From the NCBI GenBank assembly GCA_003552075.1, contig PUOJ01000050.1, positions 1-52,298 on the forward strand: a stretch of 52,298 nt of DNA. The letters run 5' to 3'. The translations under genes were made by a program, and so were the position numbers. The stretch is from Bacteroidales bacterium. GTDB taxonomy: Bacteria; Bacteroidota; Bacteroidia; Bacteroidales; UBA7960. Shown in pieces: positions 38,924 through 48,406 of this stretch; position 1 is the first letter of the stretch; the number at the start of each line of letters is the position of its first letter. Below the pieces are notes generated by a model. That model saw only the letters and a list, made by a program, of their open reading frames with translations, ran no database searches and was not told the DNA's origin.

Positions 38924-39807
38924 TTGCTCCCGATAAAGAGGTGAATATCTGTCAGTACGATCGAATACAGGTCGGTGGAGTCGTGGTGGCGGAAGGCCAC
39001 GTGGATCTCTTCTCCTGCAAAGTCAGCGAGGTCAATGCTTCGAAGCTGCCACACCCAATTTTCCATTTCGGGGTCCAGCCGTTCGCTATAGATGGTTTCA
39101 AAGTCTTCCACATCGGTCCCGGTGGTTGACACCAGCACGCTGTACTTTTCCGTCCTGAACTCCGGTCCGGAGGCACGCGGGGTCACATAAAACTCAAGCA
39201 TTACCTCTTCCTGTTCGCTTAAGTCGATCTTTGGCGTGACGATCCAGTTGTCGGGCTCCAGTACTTCGCCTGTTGCTGCATCCCAGGAGTCGGACATGAT
39301 GTAATACTCTGTTTCGTCATCGCCCTCGAAGCTGTCCCAGTACCAGTTGCGGCCGTCGCCATTGAGGTCGATCAGCGTCCACCCTTCCGGCGGGAAGTCT
39401 TCCTCCAGTGCCGGGTCATCAAATCGTTCCCGGAAGAGTGTTGACACGAGGCTCAGTCGCTCCGTGGCCTCCAGCTTGTTGTAATGCAGCTCCCTTTCCG
39501 GCTCCACCCTCAGGGTCACTTCATACACGCCATCCTCTTCGTAAATTGCCACGGGGTGTTCCTCGTCAGAGGTGTTTCCATCGCCGAAGTCCCAGTGGTA
39601 GCCCACTGCATTCAGGGATTTGTTTTCAAAGGAGACCTCATAATAGATCTCCCCGGTCTCTGAGTCGGTCAGGACCTCAAACGCATAGTCAAATGCTGCC
39701 TGGGTGCTCGCTGCAGGCACCTCCATCTCATCCTCCGAGCAGGCCTGCAAGGCCACGATGAGTGCCGGAACGAGAAGCAGGCTCATTATTTTCAGCAAGG
39801 TTTTCAT
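38920..39807 (-). CDS. Surface lipoprotein with PKD and cleaved-adhesin (choice-of-anchor J-like) domains
   Basis: Lipobox LQAC then acidic SEDE; YHWDFGDG..YEVTL (PKD); WTLIDLNGDGRNW..PDNWIVTP..VAFRHHD; ATGA overlap with the next gene. Confidence 0.82.
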   Translation of the reverse strand: MKTLLKIMSLLLVPALIVALQACSEDEMEVPAASTQAAFDYAFEVLTDSETGEIYYEVSFENKSLNAVGYHWDFGDGNTSDEEHPVAIYEEDGVYEVTLRVEPERELHYNKLEATERLSLVSTLFRERFDDPALEEDFPPEGWTLIDLNGDGRNWYWDSFEGDDETEYYIMSDSWDAATGEVLEPDNWIVTPKIDLSEQEEVMLEFYVTPRASGPEFRTEKYSVLVSTTGTDVEDFETIYSERLDPEMENWVWQLRSIDLADFAGEEIHVAFRHHDSTDLYSIVLTDIHLFIGSK

Positions 39808-39914
39808 ATTGTGGTGTTGTTTTGTGAATATTTTCTAAAGGTGTGCATGTCAAACGGCAAAAGGTCTAAAAGGATGCTTTTGCTGCTGGCTTTTGGCCGT
39901 TTGTTCTTCGTTTT

Positions 39915-41258
39915 TTAGTAACAGTCGTTCTGGTACATCTCATCGTGGAAGTTGGTCAGCAGCTCACCCAGCGGGATGGGGAAGCGCGTATAACACTCCT
40001 CGTCAAGGCCGTCGAGCTCTTCCACTGCCCTGCCACTGCGCACAAGGTCAAACCAGCGGTGCCCTTCGAAGGCAAACTCTTTTTGCCTGGTTTCATGGAT
40101 GATGTCGAGCAGTTGTCCGGGGTCGGTGGTTTCAATGGGGTCCAGCCCGGCTCTTTCAAGCACCATGTTGACGTCGGCGCGTGCCTGGTCGAGTGATTCC
40201 CCGAGCAGGGCATAAGCTTCCGCACGGATGAGGTACATCTCTGCCAGTCGCATGACATAGACGTTGTCGGTTCCTGTTTCGATGTCATTGTATTTGATGG
40301 CATAATGGTTGTCTCCGTCGAGTGCGATGGAGAGGTCCCGGCGCACATCATGTTCAGCATACCTTTCGTAGAGCGTTTCGGTTGGCGAGAACTCCCTTCT
40401 TCCGCTCAGGGATGTCGGGAAGAAATACTCTGCCAGCCTGTTGCGGGCCTGCTCATAGAAGTCCACTTCGAAAATGCTTTCACTGTTGCCTCCATCGGCA
40501 AACAGGGTTTCGAAGGGCACCAGCTCCAGCCCGTAATCTTCGATGACGGCTGTAGCTTCGGCTGCAGCGGTGTTGAGTTGAACATCTTGCCCGGTGATGG
40601 CGTGTTCAAAGAGGCTGACCCTTGCTCTCAGTGCCTGTACGGCAGCCCTGGAGGCCAGGCCCTGTTCCACGCTGGTTCGCAGGTAGGCTTCAGCAAAGTC
40701 GAGGTCGTCGTGCACCTGCAGGTATACCTCGGCATAGGGCCTTCGTGGCACGTTGAGGTCGTCTTCATCTTCCGTGGCGGGCTCTGTGCGGATGGGCACG
40801 GGGCCAAACAAGCGCACCAGGTCGAAATGGGCCAGGGCGCGCAGGAACTTCAGCTCGGCGAGGTAGGCGTTGGCCTCCTCATCGCTTAGCTCATCCACCT
40901 GGGGAATTTTGGCGATGGTATGGTTTGCCCTGTTGATCATCCGATAGATGGCCGACCAGGTTCCTTCCACGATCACATTGTCGGCAAGGATGCTGTTGTT
41001 ATCCATCTGGTTATAGCCTGCCGTGGTCCCTGTCCAGGTCAGGTTGTCGGCCGACAGGTCGCCGGCCACGAGGAAGTTCCGGCCATAGTAGCCGGCTGCC
41101 TGCAGCGCAGAGTAAGTGCCGGTGATGGCACTTTCCACGTCGGCTCTGCTTTCAATGGCATCTTCGCCCGGAATGCTGTGATAGGGCTCCACGTCCAGCA
41201 CGTCGCATGCGGAGAGCACAAAAACCAGCATAATGGGCAGCAAAAATATTTTTTTCAT
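39915..41258 (-). CDS. susD: SusD/RagB family nutrient-binding lipoprotein
   Basis: Lipobox LSAC; ELKFLRALAHFDLVRLFG, RLAEMYLIRAEA and EFAFEGHRWFDL. Confidence 0.95.
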   Translation of the reverse strand: MKKIFLLPIMLVFVLSACDVLDVEPYHSIPGEDAIESRADVESAITGTYSALQAAGYYGRNFLVAGDLSADNLTWTGTTAGYNQMDNNSILADNVIVEGTWSAIYRMINRANHTIAKIPQVDELSDEEANAYLAELKFLRALAHFDLVRLFGPVPIRTEPATEDEDDLNVPRRPYAEVYLQVHDDLDFAEAYLRTSVEQGLASRAAVQALRARVSLFEHAITGQDVQLNTAAAEATAVIEDYGLELVPFETLFADGGNSESIFEVDFYEQARNRLAEYFFPTSLSGRREFSPTETLYERYAEHDVRRDLSIALDGDNHYAIKYNDIETGTDNVYVMRLAEMYLIRAEAYALLGESLDQARADVNMVLERAGLDPIETTDPGQLLDIIHETRQKEFAFEGHRWFDLVRSGRAVEELDGLDEECYTRFPIPLGELLTNFHDEMYQNDCY

Positions 41259-41374
41259 GATATGTCTTTGATTTACTTGTTTTTACAATGCGTCGGGTGC
41301 CTGTGCTTCCGGTTCATTGCCTTTGCTTTGTCGTTCAGGCAAAGGGCCCGGAGGCACCGCTTTTTCCTTTGGCT

Positions 41375-44314
41375 TTATATGTCGAGGCTGAGCCCGAGTG
41401 AAATGGTACGTACCTGCGGGTGGGTAAAGAAGTCGGTGCCCCTTCTGAGGTCATCGGCACCGGCATAGTTCACTTCCGGATCCATGCCGCTGTAGTTGGT
41501 AAAGGTGAGCAGGTTTTCGCCTGACACGAAGACCCGTGCACTCCTCATCCCCATCCTGGCCACCACGTCCGGGTCGAACCGGTAGGACAGCCGCAAGTTT
41601 TTCACCCGGAGGTAGGAGCCATCTTCAATGAAACGGCTGGATATCCTGTTGTTATTGTTCGGATCCAGCTCCGAAGCCCTGGGGACGTCGGTTTCGTCGC
41701 CAGGCTGCTGCCAGCGGTCAAGTACCGCAGTGGTCTGGTTGTCGCTGCCCTTCATGGACTCGATATAGATGCGGGTGCCATTGAAAATGTCGTTGCCATA
41801 AGAGAACTGCAGGAAGACACTCAGCTCGAAGTTCTGATACCTGAACCGGTTGGTAAGGCCTCCGGTGAAGTCTGGGTTAGGATCTCCAATTTTGGTCCGG
41901 TCTTCCGAGGTGACCTGTCCGTCGCCGGTGATGTCGGCAAATACGATGTCGCCGGTCGAGGGGTCCACGCCCAGGCTCTTGTATCCATAGAAGATCCCGA
42001 TGGGCTCTCCTTCTCGCACGCTGTTGCTTCCCCTGCCGAGGTTATCCAGGGGCTGGCCCTGGTACAGCTCGAGCACCTTGTTGCGGTTTCTGCTGATATT
42101 GAAGTCGGTAGACCAGGAGAACACCGTGTTGTCGATGTTGACGGTGCTCAGGGTGAGTTCGATGCCCCGGTTTTCCAGTTCGCCGATGTTGGAGGTGATG
42201 CTGCCATATCCTGTGGTATAGGATATGGGGCGGCTAAAGAGCAGGTCCTTGGTGTGGTTGTAGTAGTAGTCGACGCTCATTTCGATGCGGTCGTCATACA
42301 GGCCCACATCCACGCCTGCGTTGTACTGGTAGGTTGTTTCCCATTTGAGGTCTGGGTTGGCGATGCCACGTGGGAAGATCCCGGACTGCCCGAGGTAGTT
42401 TGCGCCTCCTCCGTAGAGTGAGAGGTAGGCAAAGTCGGGGATGCCGTCGTTACCGGTGATGCCATACCCGGCACGCCACCGCAGCTCGCTTATGGGGGTT
42501 CCCCAGGCGCGGAAGAAGTCTTCTTCTGACATGCGCCAGGCCACGGATGCGGCAGGGAAGAAGCCGTAACGGTTTTCATCCCAAAAGCGTGAAGAGCCGT
42601 CATAGCGTGCGGTAAAGGAGAGGATGTAGCGGTAGTCATAGTTATAGCGCAGCTGGCCAAAGAAGGAGTTCATCCCGCGGTCTGTAGCATTGGCGGAGGC
42701 TTCTGATATGGTGCCTGCCTCTGCCACATACTGAAAGTAGGCGTTGGGAAAGTCTACACCGCGGATGAAGGAGTTGCGGCGCTCAAACCGTTCAAACGAG
42801 TAGCCGCCAAGCACTTCCATGTTGTGCACTTCGTCGAAGGTGTTAAGGTAGCGCAGGGTATTGTTCGACACGATGTTGAGCACGTTGCTCAGACCTTCCA
42901 GGCCGATGCCGTTGGAGCGTGCGCCCTGGCGCGTGATGGCCGGGTCATAGCTGTGTTCGCGCAGGCTCAGGTAGTCAAAGCCCCAGGTGGTATTGAAGGT
43001 GAGGTTGTCGAGAATGCGGTAGTCGGCGAAGATGTTACCAATGGTCCTATAGTTATGTGCTTCATTGATGGCTTCCTTGCCGATGGCTACCGGGTTGGCG
43101 AAGGGGGCATCTTCGTTATACGTGCCATCTTCATTGTATACCGGATAGATGGAAGGGTTGGCGATGGCGTTGGCCAGCGGCGCATTTAGCGACTGGTCGC
43201 CTTCCACCCGGTTGTTCAGGGCATAGGACACCCCCACGTTCATCCCGATGTCGAGGCGTTCATTGACCGTGTGGTCAAGATTGAGCCGGCCGCTAAGCCG
43301 CTCGTATGAAGTGCCGATCAGCACCCCTTCCTGGTTCAGGTAGCTGCCCGACACATAAAACTGGGTTTGCTCCTCCCCGCCCCTGGCGGAGAGCTCGTAG
43401 TTCATCGTTGGGGCAGTCGACAGGACCTCGCTGAGCCAATCGGTGTCCACCATGGCTGCTGGATCACCGGGCTGTGTCCCTTTCAGTTCGTGCCATTGCT
43501 GCGCGTTGAGCATGTCCAGGCGATTTTCTATGTCTTGCATGCCGGTGGTGGCATTGAAGCTGATTTGCGTCTCTGCCTGGTCTCCTCGTTTGGTGGTGAT
43601 CAGGATAACGCCATTGGTGGCCCTTGCCCCGTATATGGCTGCCGCCGAGGCGTCTTTCAGGACGGTGACGGACTCGATGTCGTTGGGGTTGATGTCTGAC
43701 AGGGCGTCGATGCCTTGTCCGGAAAATCCAACCTGTCCGAAGTCACCGGTGGTCACCGGGATGCCGTCTACCACCACCAGCGGTTGGTTGCCGGCCGAGA
43801 TGGAGCTGCTTCCCCTGATCCGGATGGCGTTGGCGGCACCAGGGGTGCCGGAGCTCTGGGTGATCTGTAAGCCCGCCGAGCGCCCTTGCAGCACACCGTC
43901 GATGGTACGCATGTTTGACTCTTCCAGGTCTTCGGAGCTCACTACGCCGACAGATCCGGATATCAGGCGCCGGGACTCTGTGCCGTAGCCGGTGACGATC
44001 ACTTCGCCCAGCTCAGCCACATCGAGCTCCATCCCGACGTTAATCACGCTGCGGCCTTCGACCGGGATGGTTTCTGGACGCATGCCCACGAAGGTGAAGC
44101 GCAGGGTGTCTTCTGGCGAAACGGCGATCTCATAGCGTCCGTCGCCATCGGTGATGGTGCCACGGGTGGTTCCCTGCACCGTCACGGTAACCCCGGGAAG
44201 GGTAATATCGCCTTCGTCGACCGAGGTCACCACGCCGCTCACCGTCATGCGGTCGGCTTTCACCACAAGGGTGGCCATCAATAAGATGAGCATGGAAAGA
44301 AAGATGTTCTTCAT
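41375..44314 (-). CDS. susC: SusC/RagA family TonB-dependent transporter
   Basis: N-terminal extension domain, EVIVTGYG, IRIRG, LKDASAAAIYGARATNGVILITTKRG, NPDLKWE and YSGMDPE. Confidence 0.96.
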   Translation of the reverse strand: MKNIFLSMLILLMATLVVKADRMTVSGVVTSVDEGDITLPGVTVTVQGTTRGTITDGDGRYEIAVSPEDTLRFTFVGMRPETIPVEGRSVINVGMELDVAELGEVIVTGYGTESRRLISGSVGVVSSEDLEESNMRTIDGVLQGRSAGLQITQSSGTPGAANAIRIRGSSSISAGNQPLVVVDGIPVTTGDFGQVGFSGQGIDALSDINPNDIESVTVLKDASAAAIYGARATNGVILITTKRGDQAETQISFNATTGMQDIENRLDMLNAQQWHELKGTQPGDPAAMVDTDWLSEVLSTAPTMNYELSARGGEEQTQFYVSGSYLNQEGVLIGTSYERLSGRLNLDHTVNERLDIGMNVGVSYALNNRVEGDQSLNAPLANAIANPSIYPVYNEDGTYNEDAPFANPVAIGKEAINEAHNYRTIGNIFADYRILDNLTFNTTWGFDYLSLREHSYDPAITRQGARSNGIGLEGLSNVLNIVSNNTLRYLNTFDEVHNMEVLGGYSFERFERRNSFIRGVDFPNAYFQYVAEAGTISEASANATDRGMNSFFGQLRYNYDYRYILSFTARYDGSSRFWDENRYGFFPAASVAWRMSEEDFFRAWGTPISELRWRAGYGITGNDGIPDFAYLSLYGGGANYLGQSGIFPRGIANPDLKWETTYQYNAGVDVGLYDDRIEMSVDYYYNHTKDLLFSRPISYTTGYGSITSNIGELENRGIELTLSTVNIDNTVFSWSTDFNISRNRNKVLELYQGQPLDNLGRGSNSVREGEPIGIFYGYKSLGVDPSTGDIVFADITGDGQVTSEDRTKIGDPNPDFTGGLTNRFRYQNFELSVFLQFSYGNDIFNGTRIYIESMKGSDNQTTAVLDRWQQPGDETDVPRASELDPNNNNRISSRFIEDGSYLRVKNLRLSYRFDPDVVARMGMRSARVFVSGENLLTFTNYSGMDPEVNYAGADDLRRGTDFFTHPQVRTISLGLSLDI

Positions 44315-44398
44315 AGTGATTGCGTATTTGGTTTATTGATTATGATGTGATGTACACGGGTTAAAGGGCTACTGAGGGGTGCGGTTTGGTGTGTCTGG

Positions 44399-45556
44399 TT
44401 ATTCATACGTGCCTTTCCGCAACATTTTTCCGTCCTTCACCATCATCTTGCCCCTGGCACAGAGGTGAACGATGCGAAAGTCCTTGTCCACCAACAGGAG
44501 GTCGGCATCTTTTCCCGGGGCGACACGGCCTTTGCCTTGCAGCTTGAGGATGTCAGCCACGTTGGAGGTGACGGGCTGCAGTGCTTTTTCCAGGGGCAGG
44601 TCTTCTTCCAGGACACAATCCCGCAGCTCATCCATCATCGATTTCAGTCCGCCGGATTCCAGCCTCACCAGCTCTCCCTTTTCGTTGAACTGTGGCAGGG
44701 AGCCTGCGCCGTCGCTGCTCATCGTGACATGTGCCAGGGGCACGCCGGCTTTTAATAGTGCCACAATGCCTTTAGACGGTTTAATTTCCTCGTCAGGAAA
44801 GATGGGATATGCACTTGTGGTGAAGTCCACGTAGCCGTGTTTGCCGTATTCTTTGGCGTCTTCAAAAATATATTCATTGCGGTTACAGTGCGTTGGCAGA
44901 AACTGTGTCAGCTTGAGTTCACTGAAGTTGACGGCATCATAGAGCGGCTGAAATGGGTTTTCCGCATCGCCCATATGGATGTTTACGATGCCCGACTTGC
45001 CGCCCAGCATTGCGCCTACGCGCGAATGTGCGGCCAGCCGGATAAGCTCCGACACCGTGGGCGTCGAAGACCGGTGGTCCGACAAGGCGATCTCCCCGGT
45101 ACCGATCACCTCTTCGATCATGCTGATGTCTTTGCCGACATCTCCCAGGATGGTGGGAGTTGGCACCTGGTAGGCCCCAGTATACATATACGCACTGACG
45201 CCTTCTGCGCGCAGGCCTTTGGCTTTCATGAGCACGGAGCGCAGGTCGCGGGTGAGGCCGTCGGTGCCGAGGCAGCCCACAACGGTAGTCACGCCGGCTT
45301 CTAGCATCCTGCTTAAGGGCATCTCTGGCGTCCGGCTGGCCGGGCCACCCTCTCCGCCCGCGCCGGCGATGTGCACGTGTGAGTCGATGAGTCCGGGAAA
45401 CAGGCGGAGCCCCGTCCCGTCAATGACGTCCACATCCAGGTTTTCAGGTGGTGTAATCTTTTTGCCGACGGCCACGACCTGGGTGGCAGCCACCAGGACA
45501 TCCATTGGCCCGAGGTGATCCGGTGCATACACCTCGCAGTTGGTGAACAGTATCAT
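44399..45556 (-). CDS. iadA: Beta-aspartyl (isoaspartyl) dipeptidase, metallo type
   Basis: DSHVHIAGAGGEGG, GCLGTDG, GEIALSDHRSS, PTHCNR and SSDGAGSLP. Confidence 0.95.
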   Translation of the reverse strand: MILFTNCEVYAPDHLGPMDVLVAATQVVAVGKKITPPENLDVDVIDGTGLRLFPGLIDSHVHIAGAGGEGGPASRTPEMPLSRMLEAGVTTVVGCLGTDGLTRDLRSVLMKAKGLRAEGVSAYMYTGAYQVPTPTILGDVGKDISMIEEVIGTGEIALSDHRSSTPTVSELIRLAAHSRVGAMLGGKSGIVNIHMGDAENPFQPLYDAVNFSELKLTQFLPTHCNRNEYIFEDAKEYGKHGYVDFTTSAYPIFPDEEIKPSKGIVALLKAGVPLAHVTMSSDGAGSLPQFNEKGELVRLESGGLKSMMDELRDCVLEEDLPLEKALQPVTSNVADILKLQGKGRVAPGKDADLLLVDKDFRIVHLCARGKMMVKDGKMLRKGTYE

Positions 45557-45674
45557 TATGTGTGTATTTAAGGTCAGCACTAATAAAGTCGAAAAGCACT
45601 GGCTTGCCAGGCATGATGGGTTTTGGCAACCCCATGACAGTTATTGGCCTTCAGGCTCCTCATTGCAACAAAGA

Positions 45675-45682
45675 CAAATTTA
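45675..45682 (-). promoter_or_regulatory. TAnnTTTG promoter element for the iadA-susC operon
   Basis: Minus strand TAAATTTG in an AT-rich divergent region ~120 nt upstream of iadA. Confidence 0.5.
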
Positions 45683-45820
45683 GTAAGTTTTTTAAAATAT
45701 TTATTAATTCGGCTCTTATTTCTTTCGCGGTCATCAAATACACCTTTGCTGTATCCATTTTAAAAATATATTACCTTTACAGGTCGAAAATTGTGGCACA
45801 CAAATTAAAAATCGTGACCT

Positions 45821-46681
45821 ATGACGGATTTTACCAACACACCTGAGATTGCTGATGAGGACATCCGGCAACGTACGGAAACAATATTGCAGGATGCGCG
45901 TGAAACTTCCGATATGGGAAAGGTTTATCGTGAATTGCTTGGGGTGATCGACCTGACCACCCTGGAGGGCACCGACACGAAGAGGCGGGTGGAAGAGCTT
46001 TGCAACCAGGCGGTGTCATTTTCGGCTTTGCCTGATGGGTTGCCTGATGTGGCGGCGGTTTGTGTCTATCCGCCTTTTGTGGCGCAGGCCCGCAAGTTGT
46101 TGGAAAACACAGGCATCAGTGTGGCGTCCGTAGCCGGTGCCTTCCCTTCCGGTCAGTCGCCGCTTTTTGTAAAGATGGCGGAGGTACGGTATGCTGTGGA
46201 CGAGGGTGCACAGGAGATCGACATGGTCATCTCACGCGGGAAGTTCCTGGAGGGCGAATACAGTGAGGTTTTTGATGAGATCGCCGCCATCAGGGAAGCC
46301 TGTAAGGATGCGCACCTGAAGGTTATTTTGGAGACTGGGGAGTTGAAGACGGCCACCAACATTCGTCGTGCCAGCGAGATCGCCTTGGAGGCAGGGTGTC
46401 ATTTCCTCAAGACTTCCACGGGGAAGGTCAAGCCGGCGGCCACGCCGGAGGCCATGCTGGTGATGCTGGAGGCGATCCGCGACCACCACAAAAAAACCGG
46501 CCTGATGACCGGTATCAAGCCTGCCGGGGGCATTTCTGACCCCGAGACGGCCCTTGCTTATTATCGTCTCACCCGCGAGGTGCTTGGCTCCAAGCGGCTG
46601 AGCAAAAAGTGGTTCCGCATAGGAGCCAGCCGCCTGGCCGGCTCCCTGGTGGAGGCTATCCGCAATGCAAAAAACGCCTGA
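45821..46681 (+). CDS. deoC: Deoxyribose-phosphate aldolase
   Basis: IDLTTL, AAVCVYP, EIDMVI, LKVILETGEL, KTSTGK, KPAGGI and RIGAS. Confidence 0.95.
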   Translation: MTDFTNTPEIADEDIRQRTETILQDARETSDMGKVYRELLGVIDLTTLEGTDTKRRVEELCNQAVSFSALPDGLPDVAAVCVYPPFVAQARKLLENTGISVASVAGAFPSGQSPLFVKMAEVRYAVDEGAQEIDMVISRGKFLEGEYSEVFDEIAAIREACKDAHLKVILETGELKTATNIRRASEIALEAGCHFLKTSTGKVKPAATPEAMLVMLEAIRDHHKKTGLMTGIKPAGGISDPETALAYYRLTREVLGSKRLSKKWFRIGASRLAGSLVEAIRNAKNA

Positions 46682-48161
46682 CCAGCTTCATGGTCTCTTC
46701 GGTGTTTCCGCTTAGCTTTTCCCTCAAGTTCTCGTCATCGTAAGCTTCCAGCGTGTTGATCACGCCATCCAGCAAGGTGTCGGGGAACACGTCATACTTT
46801 TTGTACACCTCGGCCTGTTCCCTAAGGTAGGATGCGGCCTTCCTGCAGGAATAGGGCAGCTGGGCCAACTGTTGCTGGCGTTCCTTGTGTTTTTCATCAA
46901 AGATGTTGACATCCACATAGGTCTTTTCGGCCAGCTCGAGGGCGTTGGGCATCTCCAGTCCGTGGCGTGCGCCCACGCAGAGGCCTGCGATCAGCAGGTA
47001 GATGTCTGCGGAGCCATCAGGGCAACGGAACTCAAAGGTCTGCTTGTCTCGCAGGTCTTTATCCTGTGGACATTCATTCGGGTTTTCCCTGGCGACCATG
47101 TCGCCCGATCCGACCCAGCCGAGGGGTACGCGCACGAGGGTGGAACGGTTACGTTCACCCCAACATACGTTGGTAGGCGCTTCCTGGTGGGGTACCAGGC
47201 GAAAATAGCTGGTAGGAATGGTGTTGCCAAAGGCAGAGAGCGAAGGTGCGAGGTCGAGGATCCCGGCGATGACCTTGCGTGCGGGGTCGCTGATGCGGTC
47301 ATTCTCAAGGGTCACATTCTCCCCGTCTTTCATGATGCGCATGTGGATGTGCATGCCGCTTCCGGCCTTGCCTGCCGTGATCTTGGGTGCGAGACTCATG
47401 GTCACGCCGTACTGGTAAGCCACCTGGCGCAGGATCCACTTGGCAATGATCAGTTGGTCGGCAGCAGACTCCACGTCTGTAGGCAGAAATTCGATCTCGT
47501 TTTGCTCATAATCAAATTCATCATCAGAAAAATTGCCCACCTCCGAATGGGAATATTTGATCTGCGCCCCGGTTTGTGCCATGGCCATCATCGCATCCAT
47601 CCGAAGCTGCTCCCACTTCACGAAAGGCACCGACTCGTGGTAGGCACGCTGGTCAGTCGCCCGGTACAGCGGGTCTTTCTCACTGATCACATAGTATTCG
47701 ATCTCTCCCATCACCTCCATTCCATAACCGGTCTGTTCCAGGAGCTCCTGGTGTGCCTTGCGCATGATGTTCTCCGGTGCACTCGCCAGGGGCTTGCCAT
47801 CCTTGTCGTAATAGGAACAGAGGATGTCCAGCGTCGGGATCTCCGTGAACGGGTTCATGAAGGCCGTGCGAAAGCGGGGGACGACATACAGGTCGGAAGA
47901 CCCGGCCTCCAGAAAGGAGAACAAGCTGCTGCCATCTACGCGCTCTCCCGTCGACAGGATGGTGTCCAGGTGTTCCCTGCTCTGGATCACAAAGTTCAGG
48001 GCCTTGAGGCGGCCATCGCCGCCCACATAACGAAAGTTTACTACCTCGATTTCGTTTTCCTGCACAAAGCGGATGATGTCCTCCTTGGTAAAATCAGCAG
48101 GGGATTTGTGCAAATAACGAACCAGTGGGTTGGGGTTTAACAGATATTGATTTTCTTCCAT
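46656..48161 (-). CDS. glnA: Glutamine synthetase family protein (type I-like)
   Basis: VDGSS, HSEVG, QNEIEF, GSGMHIH, RLVPHQEAP and FEFRCPD. Confidence 0.9.
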   Translation of the reverse strand: MEENQYLLNPNPLVRYLHKSPADFTKEDIIRFVQENEIEVVNFRYVGGDGRLKALNFVIQSREHLDTILSTGERVDGSSLFSFLEAGSSDLYVVPRFRTAFMNPFTEIPTLDILCSYYDKDGKPLASAPENIMRKAHQELLEQTGYGMEVMGEIEYYVISEKDPLYRATDQRAYHESVPFVKWEQLRMDAMMAMAQTGAQIKYSHSEVGNFSDDEFDYEQNEIEFLPTDVESAADQLIIAKWILRQVAYQYGVTMSLAPKITAGKAGSGMHIHMRIMKDGENVTLENDRISDPARKVIAGILDLAPSLSAFGNTIPTSYFRLVPHQEAPTNVCWGERNRSTLVRVPLGWVGSGDMVARENPNECPQDKDLRDKQTFEFRCPDGSADIYLLIAGLCVGARHGLEMPNALELAEKTYVDVNIFDEKHKERQQQLAQLPYSCRKAASYLREQAEVYKKYDVFPDTLLDGVINTLEAYDDENLREKLSGNTEETMKLVRRFLHCG

Positions 48162-48344
48162 GGTAGATGAGATTTTATATGGTTAATACTCGCTTTTTGC
48201 CTGTATGTTTGAAAGGAGCGCCAAACATAAGGAAAAAAAACAAACCGGCGAAAATCAAGCCAAAATGGCTGGTTTTTTGCGGGGCAACGTGATTTTGACC
48301 TGCTATTCGCGCCAAATTGTCTGGTTTTGCCTTTGGATTTACAA

Positions 48345-48359
48345 CGGAACGGCTTTTGT
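48345..48359 (+). promoter_or_regulatory. Candidate sigma-54-like promoter of the Hsp20 gene
   Basis: CGGAACGGCTTTTGT has GG and TTG at the -24/-12 spacing. Confidence 0.35.
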
Positions 48360-48406
48360 TCCATGTTGGACAGCAAAAATGATGTATCACAAAAAAGGAA
48401 AGAATC

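Noticed and set aside
45821-48161. deoC and glnA as part of the nitrogen-scavenging locus
   Set aside because: deoC is divergent and intervenes, so glnA proximity is suggestive only. The 26-bp convergent deoC/glnA overlap is unremarkable
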